Origin: Octopus sinensis
Taxonomy: Eukaryota
Direction of reading: 5' to 3'
DNA length: 64,000 nt
NCBI RefSeq assembly: GCF_006345805.1
Contig: NC_043021.1
Location: forward strand, 28,520,001-28,584,000
Shown here: piece by piece, positions 23,070 through 36,683 of the stretch
Position numbering within the stretch: the first letter of the stretch is position 1
Layout of the letters: every line of letters starts with the position of its first letter
Notes under the pieces: model-generated
Database searches by the model: none
Seen by the model: only the letters and a program-made list of their open reading frames with translations
What the model was told of the DNA's origin: nothing
Translations under genes and position numbers: made by a program

Positions 23070-25016
23070 ATTATCAGTTTCATTAATATCTTCTTTCCTG
23101 ACACCATGCGCAGAGAAACACACCAGATTGTTCATTTACAGTCATGTGACAGAGAAAAAGAGGAAGACGGAGAGAAAAAGGAAAAAATAAAAAATAGAAA
23201 AGTAAACAAATAAAATAAAGAGGAAGAAAAAGGTAAGAAAATTTATAGCGACAATGCTCTTCTCAATATGTGTGACCAGTTACCAGCTAAGACAATATTT
23301 TGCACTTCCTGCATGGATGGTAAACCAGGGATCATTCTTAAATAATTTTCAGTTCCTTTTTTGTTCATTCCAAGTGCTCCTACATTCACTGGTATTGTTA
23401 CCGTCTTGAGATGCCACATCTTTTCGATTTCGATATGGGAAATTATGGTCACAGGGTATGCTCATGTGAATCAATAAACATACTTTATTGCTTTTGTCTC
23501 TCATAACAATATCTGGTTTATTTACCTTGACGGTCCGATCAAGGAAGTCCCAACGAAGAGCTACATTTTCGCTCTGAGTTACAGCCTAAAGGTGGTACTT
23601 GTACCATTTGTCAGCAGTTTTGATTTTATAATGCCGACACATTATCCAATGTAGGTATTGTCCAACTCTCTCATGTCTTGATTTCTACTCTACAGGTGCT
23701 AAAATGTTACAGTCAGAGATTAGGTGGTCGACTCTTTCTATAACCATCGTTGCAGTATCGGCTGTTTGGATCTAAACCATTTTTCATTACATTGGCTTGA
23801 TAGTTCCGGGTCAATAAGCTCTAATCTTGGGTAGCCAAGATAAAGCCTTCATTATTTACCTTTAGCCCTGAGCTCCGAGGCCACTGATGGCTGTGCATCT
23901 AATCTCCATCATCTTCTTTGCTACGGGCCACATATTTGCCATGCAGGGGTTTTTGTTTTCACCTATCAGCCAATTGTTCAAGCGCATTTTGCTTTGCTAT
24001 TGATTTCACCTTCTTTGTAACTACATTTACCGCATTTCCCTAATGTTGTTCAACCTGGATATTATGTATAAACCCATTTGAAAAATCTTTGCTCTCCTTC
24101 ATAACAGAATGAAGCTTCTTACGTCTTTCATGGTTTTCAATGAGCTTTAACATCCAGCCGTTAGATGTTTAAGATATTTTGCCAGTCCAATTGCGATAGC
24201 TTTGTAGGAGATTTCAAATTGGATCAAGTCTCTACCGCCTTGACCTCTGGGTAGGTAAAGATGATTTGCGTCTACACTTGCGTGGGGCATCTTATTGCAA
24301 GTCAGCAACTTACGGATTTTCCAGCCAATCTTCCATATTTCGCTCATATTCCAGTTCAACACAGTTCAAAACTGTACAGAACAAGACGAACTACTAAGAC
24401 ATTTATAGCTAACACCTAGTTACGTGTATTTAACTCGGACTTTAGGACTGCTAGAACGCTCCTTAACGCTGCTTACTGATTTTCTCTTTCATACTTGTAT
24501 GTTGAATGACAGAGCCCTCATTTATTCCGAGGTATTTGTAAGTTTGTCCCTACTCGATTTCTTTTATGACTGTGTCTTCAGTTCCCCTTTCTGGAAAGTG
24601 GCCTTGGCACATTTATCAAGACAAAATTCCATCCCGATGACATCACTGAATGCTTTCACAGTACGTAGTAGTCCTTCAAGCTCATTATCATTTTTGCCAT
24701 AGAGTTTTCAGTCATCCATATAAAATGGATGATTTATGTTCTTGTCACCAATTTTATATCCATACCGTGCAGAAAATTAAAGGTGAAAGCGAGTCACCTT
24801 GGAAATGCCGCAGTTGATATTAATATTTTTTGTGGTCAGCATTTCATTAGAGTGGCATAATTGGAGATTCGTATTCCACACTAGCATGTTGTGCTTCAGG
24901 AATCTTGAAATCACAGGAGACATTTTGAAGATATCCAGAGATTTCAAGATCCATGAACGCAGTATGCTGTCGAAAGCCTCTTTATAATCAATCCATGCAG
25001 AACTGAGATTCCTGCT

Positions 25017-25017
<1 letters not shown>
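23070..25017 (-). mobile_element. 5'-truncated, decayed R4/Dong-like non-LTR element (RT + restriction-like endonuclease)
   Basis: NLSSAWIDYKEAFDS, INHPFYMDD*KLYGKND, KIRKLLTCNK...LYLPRGQGGRDLIQ and IEIEKMWHLKTVTIPVNVGALG...HILRRALSL. The 5' junction abuts a (TAG)n run; the 3' boundary is approximate. Confidence 0.8.
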
Positions 25018-25060
<43 letters not shown>

Positions 25061-25068
25061 TACTACTA

Positions 25069-25200
25069 CTAGCAGAGTCACCCGGTGTTACTCGGAAATA
25101 AAATGGGTTCCTTATATAATTAGAAGAAAAAAGCAAAACGTGTAGAAATTTGTTATTCTAAATTCAATTTATTCTTCAGTTGGGAAATCAATTCTGAATT
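25069..25200 (-). mobile_element. Possible Helitron-type 3' terminus
   Basis: Minus strand reads ...ttccgagtaacaccgggtgactctgCTAG|t, a short GC hairpin followed by CTAG next to T. Confidence 0.4.
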
Positions 25201-25204
25201 CATG

Positions 25205-25285
<81 letters not shown>

Positions 25286-25498
25286 TAATAATAATAATAA
25301 TAATAATGATAAATCTCAGAGCGAGTTATAAACAGTAGCGGTAACACATCGTGACGCATATTTGCCATTTGAATATGGCTCACCCATAAGTGTGGATGCT
25401 CCTGTAGTTTGTAGCCTCCGGCTGGCTATAGACACACTACCTGTGTCCTCTCAGTATTTGTGAAGGGGAGTCATCCTCCCCGTCTTCAACACATGATA

Positions 25499-25543
25499 CA
25501 CACGTACCCGAGTTTCAAGGTGTTTACCTTTCATCAGCGTGTG
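25499..25543 (-). ncRNA. Minimal type-I hammerhead ribozyme
   Basis: Minus strand: CACACG CUGAUGA AAGGU aaac ACCUU GAAA C ucgg G UA^ CGUGUG. It has a 6-bp stem I, a 5-bp stem II, an intact core and a GUA cleavage triplet. Confidence 0.85.
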
Positions 25544-25549
25544 ACAATC

Positions 25550-25581
<32 letters not shown>

Positions 25582-26042
25582 CGAAAAATTTCATCGTCTA
25601 CACAGCCTTGTTGTGGAAGAAGTTTAGGTCCATATTCATTCACAAATGCAGCAAAGTCTGTTATGTCATAATTGTCTCTCTTGCTATGTGTGCGTGTGTG
25701 ACTGAGATGTGTGTTTGAGACAGAAAGAGAGAACATTGCAAACTGAATGAAATAAACATGAAATGAAAAAATCGTATAAATAAAAGCTTGTACCGAATAC
25801 TTGAATTTGTGAACTTACTAAATATTTCTTTCTGAAGACCCTATTATTTATCTGAGGTCAAACTATTCATGAGTCTCAAGTCTGGAAGCAATTCGCGCAG
25901 CCATTTTCGCGTGGAAAGCGAATACACACACGGGTCAATTTTATGAAAGACGATTAATATTATTACTATTATTCATATGAACGACAAATTACATTGTCGG
26001 GAAAGAAAAAAATTCGTAACTTTCAGGTTGCAACAAACAAAC

Positions 26043-26560
26043 TTAGATGCCAAGAACCCTCCTAAGTGTCCTAGCTGTCCCTAATAACACCGTTTACTGG
26101 AGCTGTACTAAACTGAGTTTTATGCCTATTTCCTCTATCCATCTGTTCAAATCTTTAAGCATAGTTCCTAATGCACCGGTGACTACTGGAATACATTTGG
26201 CCTGCACTTTCTATGGTCTCTGTAGTTCAACGGCTAGGTCCTGGCACTTTACTCTTTTTTCTATACCTCTCATATTCATTTCCCCATCACTTGGAACTGT
26301 AAAATCAACTATCTGGCACTTTCTATTTATCTACTCCTACTAAATCAAGCATTCTAGCTTCTAATACTCTGTCATTCTGAATGTCTCACAATCTAAAGTC
26401 GCACAACATCTTATATTTCTTACCTTCTAGTATTATACTAGGTTTATGTTCAAACTATTTGTCAGTATGTTCAAGTCTTAGTTTTCTACAAAGCTCCCGG
26501 TGGATTACTCTCTGTAGGTTGTCATGTCTTTTCTTGTATTCATTATGTGTCAGCGTGCTA
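26043..26560 (-). mobile_element. R4/Dong-like 3' fragment (RLE domain), decayed
   Basis: KCQIVDFTVPSD...KCQDLAVELQ...CIPVVTGALGT...LQ*TVLLGTARTLRRVLGI*. Confidence 0.7.
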
Positions 26561-26594
26561 CATTGTTACTGTTGTCGTTATTGTTATTGTTAAA

Positions 26595-26802
26595 GTAGCG
26601 AAATGGCAGAATTTTTAGCACGCCAGGCAAAAAGCTTAACAACATTTCGTCTGTCTTTTTGTTCTGATTTCAAAATGCCACTGTGGTCGACTTTGCTTTT
26701 CATCCTTGCGTTGACGATAAAATGAGTACCTGTTGAGTACGGGGTTCGATGTAATTGGCTATCTCCCTAAACTTTCAGGCCTTGTACCCATAGCTGATAG
26801 GA

Positions 26803-26805
<3 letters not shown>
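26595..26805 (+). mobile_element. Family-B SINE with (ATT)n tail
   Basis: tggcagaatttttagcacgccaggcaaaaagctta...ggtcgactttgcttttcatcc...gataaaatgagtacc...ggccttgtacc, followed by (att)n. Confidence 0.75.
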
Positions 26806-26880
<75 letters not shown>

Positions 26881-26882
<2 letters not shown>

Positions 26883-27498
26883 TGTTTGACTTTTGCTTTT
26901 CATTTGTACAAGTTGTCTCCAAGTCTCACCCAGAGACCTCAAGAGACAATAAGTTGGAAGTTCATGTTGTTGTTATGCCTAGGGTGCCATATATTTGGTT
27001 TTGTATTTAGTGGTGAATGCCTAAAAAATCATACGAAAATTATGTTTGTTTTGAAACATGAGATTACATAGAAAGTATTTTGCGTAGGATATGAGCAGTT
27101 CCCATGAGCACTATCTTTTGAATTTCTGCCATTTTGGGGTTTCCTGGTATCTGAGTTAGGTAGCAATCAGCCCCTTTTGCTATCATTCCCAGGGCAACTA
27201 TGACAACAGGTATTGTTTTAGTCTTCAGGTTCCACATTTTGCTGATTTCTATTTCAAGATCTTTATATTTGCTCAGTTTTTGGTAGGTATTGACAGGTAC
27301 GTTTATATCGATTGGGACAGTCATATCAATGAGGAGGCATGTTCTTTGTCTGAAGTCTTTCAATATGATGTCTGGTCTATTTGCATCTATCTTTCTATCA
27401 GTTTGAATGGTGAAGTTCCAGAGGAGTGAGATGTGGTCATTTTCAAGCACTGGAGGTGGTTTGGGTTCCCACCAGATTTTTTCATGGGGCAAATCCAT
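26881..27498 (-). mobile_element. R4/Dong-like 3' fragment with open RLE frame, (TAA)n on both sides
   Basis: WNFTIQTDRKIDANRPDIIL...LLIDMTVP...KLSKYKDLEIEISKMWNLKTKTIPVVIVALG...GTAHILRKILSM (PD..D.K nuclease pattern). Confidence 0.85.
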
Positions 27499-27519
27499 TA
27501 TTATTATTATTATTATTTT

Positions 27520-28262
27520 ATGAAAACTCTCAGGTTATTTTGCTAGGTATGATGGACAGTGTCAGCTGTTAACAGCCAGCAGACTAAGGTGACACTTGTT
27601 TACTAGACATGCTTCAAGAACACTGCCAAGAATTCTTGCAATTCCAAGCAATGCTAATTTTTTAGGTGTTTTCTCTATATATTTGTACCAATCTTTTTCA
27701 GCCATGCTGGTAGTTGAGTGCTGACACTTCCAAACGCGCCGATTACATTTGGTATCACGTCTGCTCTCCTCATTAACCACAACCCTCGTATTTCCTATTT
27801 GAAATCCTCGTGGTTGTCCAGCTTTTCTTCTTTCTCTTTGATCATGCAATTTCTTTTTATTCAATACAATAATGCCCGGTTTCCGATATCTGGAAAGGTG
27901 ATCGCAAGGAATCCTTGCATCCTACAGTATTTTGCAATCTTTATTATCGGTGACTCCTTCTGGAATTTGTTCATGCCACGTCTTTCCACTTTCTAGGCCG
28001 TAATTTTCACAGAGCTTCCAATGGATCATTCTTGTCATGTTTTCAGGTCGTCTTTTGTAATCGCGTTGTGCCAATTTCAGGCATTCGCTAACGATGTGCC
28101 ATACCGTCTCGCCCCTCTCACCACACATTCTGTATTTGTCGCTATCAGTAGTGTTGTGGATGCTTTACTTCACGTAGTTAGTCCACAACACTTGTTGTTG
28201 TACTGCGCATACTAATGCTTCTGTCTCTATTTTCAAATCACTTCTCCTCATCCTTAGCCACC
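27520..28262 (-). mobile_element. R4/Dong-like fragment (CCHC knuckle + RLE), decayed, internally deleted
   Basis: MCGERGETVWHIVSECLKLAQRDYKRR...IHWKLC and KLALLGIARILGSVLE. The 3' end runs into the (AAT)n array at 27497-27519. Confidence 0.75.
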
Positions 28263-28425
28263 AGTCTTCTGCGTCGGTATTGGATTTCGAATCACTTGCA
28301 AACTGACCGTAGAATTATTTTCTTTCCATGATATCTCTTTTCTTGTGTTCTTTTCTTTTTTAAGTTTTTCTTTCTTGACACAATCATCAGTTTTGATGGC
28401 GCCAGACTTCTTCACACGTACCATG

Positions 28426-28446
28426 CTTATTATTATTATTATTTTG

Positions 28447-28525
<79 letters not shown>
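28426..28525 (+). repeat. (ATT)n array
   Basis: Direct reading. Confidence 0.95.
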
Positions 28526-28526
<1 letters not shown>

Positions 28527-28934
28527 CAGCAGAATCAGCAAGAGGAGTAATAGGAGAAGTAGCAGCAATGGTGACAGATGTAGTAAGAAGTAAAAAGATG
28601 AAGAGGAGGAGTGGGGAAGCATTGCAATCATTTCGTTCTCATGAATATTTGAAATTCTGCTAATGACGTTGGACCTTCTGTTGACTTTACCGACGTCAGA
28701 AGAAGTTTTTCTGATATATTTATTCCAAATGGCATATTTGATTCGCTGGTGTATCTTCATCTCAAAGAAACTTCGATAAATATAGAGTTAATAGCTTCTT
28801 CGACAGCATATCGACGTCACGGTGTGCAGTGTTGATATTTACATGAAAAAAGCTTCAAGTTGGGGGTTACAAATTAAAATTAATTCTATGATATACGGAC
28901 GTACAGGCACACCCGCACAAACAGACACAAGTAT

Positions 28935-29960
<1,026 letters not shown>

Positions 29961-31271
29961 ATATGTGGAGATATATTGGTATATCTAATTTGAAATATCT
30001 CCTGTTACTTGTATTAGCGCAACATAAAGAATAAAGGTTAGAATTTTTAAAACTTATTTAATGCTAGAGACCGAAATACACTTAAAGATTTTTTTAATAG
30101 GGAGTTACCACAACTTATTTATGTAACACCTCTTAGATCATATGAATTCTATATAAGTAAAAGTCTGCATTTTTCTCAGAAACATTTTGAATATTAGAGA
30201 GACCATGAAAAGTTAACTACCGAAGCATAGTAATTTCAAAATTATTATTTCTCATCAGTTTCGAATTAGTACCACACGTATTTCTTTTTGTTTAATATAT
30301 CAGTCTGTATTTTGTATAGATGCATATTAAAACATAAATATTTTTAGATTTGGAAATTAGCATATGATGCTAATTGTGTTTAACACCAAGCATTATGTGA
30401 ATGAATTATTCATAAATATACACCCTAATTATTTATTTATGTAGAATCATTTTAACTTAAAATACCATGCTTATTTATCGCTGGTGTAATTCTTGTGAAA
30501 ATAGGCTAATACATTTTGCAGCTATAAATTTTTGACTTCGAGAATATAAAACTTTGTTCTCTCTCATAAATTTATCCGCTCTCATATCATATTTGAAGAA
30601 GAATTTTGTCCGAAACGTTAAATTTAACAAACCTTTCAGAAAGTTCACGGTACTCTTTTTATCGATTTTCCTAAATAATCAAAATATTTGGTTGTTCAAG
30701 GCAACTTGATTCCTAAAGTGTTTATAACGTCCAAGTAATTTATTTTCCATACATATAATAGTTAACAAACATAAGGTCGTGGTCATATTCTTCAATCCAT
30801 TTTGTTCCGCAAGGACTGACCTGTGCCTAAGCAACAACAATGGAATTATTTCATTTTGTTAGCATTATTTTGTTCGATATGGTGACGGAATCAGGAAAAT
30901 AGTAAGCGGCTGTTTTGTTCTTCCTTAGAAACTGTTCAGTCCTTTTGGACGAAATGTAATCCAAGAACAAGCACCATGTTTGTCATAAGCTCATATTAAC
31001 AAATAATTTCAAAATTCGTGTAATTTGATGAAATTTAATCGAAATATGACTGCAAATGGTGACTGTTGGTTGGTTGATTGCTTCTTTCAGTTGATTGCAG
31101 CACCGCCCCTACTACTTCTGTTTTTAAAGCGTAGTACTTATTCTATAGCTCTGTATTGCCGGAAAATACTAACACCTGCTGTCAAGCAGGTATTGGGGGA
31201 CAAACAGATACAAAAACACACATACATGTCCTTATACACGGATATATACATATATAGATACATAGAAAGAC

Positions 31272-31307
<36 letters not shown>

Positions 31308-31350
31308 GTATATATATATATATGTATGTATGTATATGCATGTTTGTATG

Positions 31351-31956
31351 TATATTCAAATATTATTTTAATAATAAAGGGTAAAATGAATAATAATTTT
31401 ACTTGGTAGCCAGTGTGGAAATTAAAATCTTACAGGTAAATTTTACAAATGTTTTGCTAATTATTTACATAATTATAACAAGGGGTTGGCTTTGAGCCTC
31501 ACCACGCAACGTAAGAAAATGAGGCTGAAATCATTTTTGCTACCTTAAAATCTCAGAGAATAATACACTTTATTGCAGGCAAGCAAAAGAAAAATAATGA
31601 ATGAATAATGCTGTTAACTATGGACACGTTTCGAACTTAAAGTAAAAAAATATTATTATTTATTTTTTACTTGTTCGAAACGCGTCCATAGTTAATCAGC
31701 ATTATTCATTCATTATTTTTTTTTTGCTTGCCTACAATAAAATGCTATTCTCGGAGATTTTAAGGTAGTAAAAATGATTTCAGCCTCTTTTTTTACGTTG
31801 CGTGGTGAGGCTCAAAGCCAACCCCTTGTTATAATTATGTAAATAATTAGCAAAACATTTAAAAAATTTACCTGTAACATTTTAATTTCCACACTGGCTA
31901 CCAGGTAAAATTATTATTCATTTTACCCTTTATTATCAAAATAATATTTGAATATA
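31351..31956. mobile_element. Fold-back element: ~300-bp inverted arms, short loop near 31653, embedded in (TA)n
   Basis: tatattcaaatattatttt.ataataaagggtaaaatgaataataattttac.tggtagccagtgtgg... is mirrored to 31956, ~95% identical by eye. The symmetry fades into the flanking microsatellites. Confidence 0.9.
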
Positions 31957-31975
31957 CACACATACATGCATGCAT

Positions 31976-32037
<62 letters not shown>

Positions 32038-32039
<2 letters not shown>

Positions 32040-32137
32040 AGCTTTTAGGTGTTTTCGCTCAATAAACACTCACATCGCCCGGTCTGGGAATCGAAACCGC
32101 GAGTCCGCTGCCCTAACCACTGAGCCTTTACGCCTCC
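32038..32137 (-). mobile_element. tRNA-like SINE head (family C)
   Basis: Reverse complement reads ggaggcgtaaaggctcagtggttagggcagcggactcgcggtttcgattcccagaccgggcg...; matches 49532-49607. Confidence 0.8.
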
Positions 32138-32329
32138 ACTTATATACATATATATATATAAGGCAAAAATGTATACGTCACTAAAGCGACTGAGAGCGCC
32201 ATTCAATACCAGTGTTGCTAGAAATGAGAGTCAAAACAACTCATAGCCACAGTAAGCACAATCTTATTGACGGGAGTTCTTTTGACTCTTATTCCAACCA
32301 ATACTGTTGCCTAGTAACACCCTCAACTG

Positions 32330-32366
<37 letters not shown>

Positions 32367-32429
32367 AAATTCAAAATGCGATAAAATAAAATTAATTATT
32401 TTCGCTGGTGTTTCTAGCACCAGCGAAAA

Positions 32430-32479
<50 letters not shown>

Positions 32480-33584
32480 GATACATACATAGATTCATAC
32501 ATATATATATATATACACACACGACGGGCTACTTTCAATTGCTCAAGTCCACCCACTAGGTTTTGCCAAGGTACCACGGCGTGGGACCGGACTTGGAACC
32601 ATGTCGGTGAGAAGAAAACTTCTTACCACACAGCCACTCCTAAGTAGTTGAAACTTCTTTTTAACTATATCACTGGATTAATATTGTAATCGCTGTTACT
32701 GTTATACATTTACTCACTCACTGCAGCAGAGAAATATTGTAAATTATGTGAAGTTTAAGTAATCAAAATTATTAAACAAAGAATAATCTTTTGTAAGATT
32801 TCTTGGGAGAAGATAAAATTCGCTACCGGACTGGTCAGTTTTATTTGGGCAAGATAAAAAGGAAACGTTAATTTCGGTGGAATTTCAATTCAAAACTTAA
32901 GGTTCGTAATTACCCATCACAAAGCAATTTGCCTGACTCCCTAACTAGTCTACCAATCAACCGCGTTGTTTTGTTTTTTTACGTTGCCAAGCAACTGAAG
33001 TATGTACTCATTCTTTCTCTATTTAAAGCTATTTTTTTTGCATTTTTCGTTATTCTGTATTTCGGATTCATCCTGATTCGGGGAGACACGGAACATCTAA
33101 GTTGCCATTGTGCAATACGCCCTTCTTTTTTAAAGATGGAATAGTATCGTTTGAGTGATATTTTACTGCTACCTCTAGTAGACGGAGCGATGCTGTAAAG
33201 TAGTAATGCTGAAGTTACAAGACACCTGAAAGCAATATCATGTCAAAGTTTTAGAAGAAAGTTTTTGGGTGTGAAAAGATATCTTCTTGCTGCATCGTGC
33301 TAAAATAAACCCTCTAAAACTGCTACATCAGTCAATCATGAGATAATCAAAAGCACATTTTTTTCAATGGTTGTATTCCCCTTTTTCGACCCTACCCCAC
33401 TTCCGGAAAAAGAAGGATTACATAAATTGCTCCCTATGATCCTTCTCGTAGCCGATCCTGGGATAGAAAGACTTAGAAATAAAGAGAAAGAGAGAGAAAA
33501 AGAGAGGGAAGGATGAGAGAGGGGGAAGAGAAACATGAACTAACCATAGCACTTGACTGGTATACTATTTGTCGATCACTAAGG

Positions 33585-33790
33585 CATCAAGCTGGCAGAA
33601 CAGTTAGCAGAGGGCAAAATGCTTCGCTGAATTTCATCTATCTTTACGTTCCGGGTTCAAATCCACCGAGGTTGACTTCGCTTTTCATTGTCGATAAAAT
33701 ACGTACTAATCAAGTACTGGAGACGATGTAATTGACCTCACCTCCTCCTCAAAAAGTGCTCATCCTCTACCATAATTTGAAACCATTATT
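33585..33790 (+). mobile_element. Family-B SINE
   Basis: caagctggcagaacagttagcag...ttccgggttcaaatccaccgaggttgacttcgcttttcatt...gataaaatacgtac. Confidence 0.7.
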
Positions 33791-35561
33791 TCAATCGCAG
33801 GTTGTGTTCGGCAGGAATTAATCTAAGAGCACTTATAAATCGAAGCAAATCCCTCGAATAAATTTCTCCGACGCTCGAACGATTCGACAATCCAATTTAT
33901 TAGTGCTTGCGACGGCAGCGGTGGATGGCTGTCGCGATAGGGTGGCGTATAAAATGTCTAACGAAAAGTTGTTTTGTCACATCATTTTTACAATTTGAGT
34001 TCAAATCTTATCAAGTTTAAATGATGTTGGGTATTCTTTTCAATATTCTTGGGGTAACAAATAAAGCTCCAATCAAGAACTAGGTTGAATTTAGTAGATT
34101 TTACTTTGAGGTAACACTAGAAACAACATAACCATAGCTCAGTCGTGATCGATCAGGTATATGAAAATGAATGTTCCGGCCATGACTACTCAGCCGCAGG
34201 TGTGGCTGTGTGGTACTTACTCTTGGTCCCTACAGTTCAAATTCTCTCAAGGTTATCTTTGCCATTAATCCTTTCGGGACTGACACCAGTCATATACTAG
34301 TGTAAATGCTTCTTTATCTCTCTCCTTTTAGTCACAGAATTCTCTGTAACTGGTAATATAGTACTTTGTATAAAACAAACATTTCTTCGTAAATTTTCTC
34401 ACAAAAATGCCATGACAAACACATAGAAACGCATGGAAACTCATTGAAAGAGAATACGAGTTCGGAAAAATGCAAATACTTGAGTGTTTTGAAACAATGG
34501 TGATCTTCAAAATATATATTCCGAAGTAATCTCCGGAAAAAAATAGTTCCCTATACGTTCCCGATCCTTAAATGAGTCATTTCATTATACTTCTCTCGTA
34601 AGTCATTAGACTTAACTTGAGCTGACAGCAGTTACGAAGTGCGAAATTATCGACAGCTCTCACAAACAATCTACTTTCAAATCCTTTGCAATAGACAAAA
34701 CTTGAAACCTAAGTGTTCTCCAGCGCCGTTGAGCTTTAGTAGTTTCTTTTGCTTTTCATTAATACTTCCACTTAGCTCTACTTTCATTTGGATAGATGGA
34801 AATTATGCCAAAGGCCATCGGATGATCCATGAAGGCACAGCATTATCACACGTGTATTACACTGATACTACTACATAGTTATATGTCTGTGCATTGTTCA
34901 GCTACTGAGCACGTTAATAACAATGAACAGATAAGTCGATGTGTTTGAGAGAGTCCAGCGTCTTATATAAATTATGTTATGAACGTAAATAGTTGAACTT
35001 AAATGTAATCGGAAAACTCTGATCCTTAACTCTGAAAATGTTTATATGATATGCACCAGGATTCAATTTTTCCGTTCTTGGCCGAATGAAAACTTCTTAT
35101 AAATAGCGATTAGTGTTGTTACGGTAATTTCTGATACCGCACATTTTCTCTTTTTTTTTTTTACAGCCATATGAGCAGCTGCACAATTCTTAGCAATACA
35201 GCAATTCCCTAGAATTCATTTTAGACATTCTTTCTGGTTCTAGGGTATCATAACGATTGTAAATAAAGTCTGTTGTAAACCAACAAGCAAAATGTGATAT
35301 GATTATAGTTGCTCATAATCTTAATCGTTTGTTTAGAGATGAAACTTTATGAAAAACTATTTCTACTTCATACTTCAATCAGGGTGATCGCTAACAGTGA
35401 TTTATTCATGGATATGGGCATACTTTAAATAGCTGAATTCGAACTAGGATCTTTTAATTATAAACTGATGATAAATACGCTGACATTTACAAAGTCACTG
35501 ACGGAATGACATTATTTTTCTCAGCTTAAAGACAAAATATCCTAGTTTGAATACAGCCCGA

Positions 35562-36011
35562 GGATCTTTTCGGTTTGAACGGCAGTTTTTTAAAAATATT
35601 TTCCACGTAACTAAACACTTTTAAACTTCATATACTGGTAGAATGTGTTTATAAAACATCTTTTTCCCTTAGCTCTATTGAGAAAATTCTATAGTTTGTA
35701 AGATATTTGTTGTTTTTTTCTTCAATTTATGCAATTTCAACCAATCAATGACGTCTATTGAGGTAAAAAACATTCTGTGCCGTATGAATATGTCCCTCGT
35801 TTAAGAAACATATTGGGTTTATTTACATTCGTGAAGAAAAAAAGATACCCTTCCCCCCACCCCTAACCCTAACCCTAACCCTAACTAACCCTAACTAATT
35901 CTAACCCTAAAACAGATTGAAATGCAATAGATCGATACTAGGGTCATAATTATGGGTGACAATTTCATATGACACCGCTAGAAAAAACTGCCTTTCAAAC
36001 CGAAAAGATCC
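35562..36011. mobile_element. 450-bp MITE with 30-bp GG-ended TIRs and 8-bp TSD (Merlin-like), containing (CCCTAA)n
   Basis: TIRs are ggatcttttcggtttgaacggcagtttttt and aaaaaactgcctttcaaaccgaaaagatcc (1 mismatch). TSD CAGCCCGA is at 35554-35561 and 36012-36019. Confidence 0.88.
35862..35909 (+). repeat. Telomere-type (CCCTAA)n tract inside the MITE
   Basis: ccctaaccctaaccctaaccctaactaaccctaactaattctaaccctaa. Confidence 0.9.
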
Positions 36012-36683
36012 CAGCCCGATACTATGAACATAACCGAGAATAAAATACCTGATGACTATCGAAGATGACACCAATCGATGCATAAGGTCGATGGAAGTAT
36101 CAAAGCAAATTACATGTCTTATAAAGAAATCAATAGTTCAGCCAATATTAACCTTATTGGTAATACTTAAACATTTACTTCGAACTCTAAACTTGCAAAC
36201 TATTGGTGTGGATTTAATTATATAATAATTGCTACATCGTTAAAAATTAAATTAATAATCCACTTAATTATATAACAGCATGAACAATATTTAAATATTT
36301 AATCACTTATTTCAGACTTGATGATTGCAAGTTATTAGTGTTGATTTTAATTATAAATTAATTATTTCGTCTTCCAAAATTAAATTAATAATCCAATAAA
36401 TATTAACTTACAAACCGTCTAATCACCTATTATTTCAGACTCGTGAGTTTGAAAAATATTTTTATGGAAACAAAGAAATATTTCATTTTATCAAATTAGA
36501 TTAACCATACATAAAATTATAATCGTTTAAAGAACTAATTTCAAATATTTAGACATTTAAATATTATATACAATCTTCTAAATTCTAAGACGTGCTCCAT
36601 TTGAATGAATAAAATCTTATGAAAGCTGTCTTGCTTGCTTTCCAGTATTTCTTTTTAATATAGACAAATCGGCAATAAGGCAG

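Noticed and set aside
30590-30625. tTGAAGA...ccGAAACGTT hammerhead-like remnant
   Set aside because: The conserved C is missing and stems I and II do not pair; too degenerate to call.
34795-34818. Peptide DGNYAKGH resembling the tubulin NNYARGH/NNWAKGH motif
   Set aside because: Flanking residues show no tubulin similarity; likely chance.
35862-35909. Chromosome end or telomere-fusion scar
   Set aside because: The tract is short and lies inside a TIR/TSD-bounded MITE.
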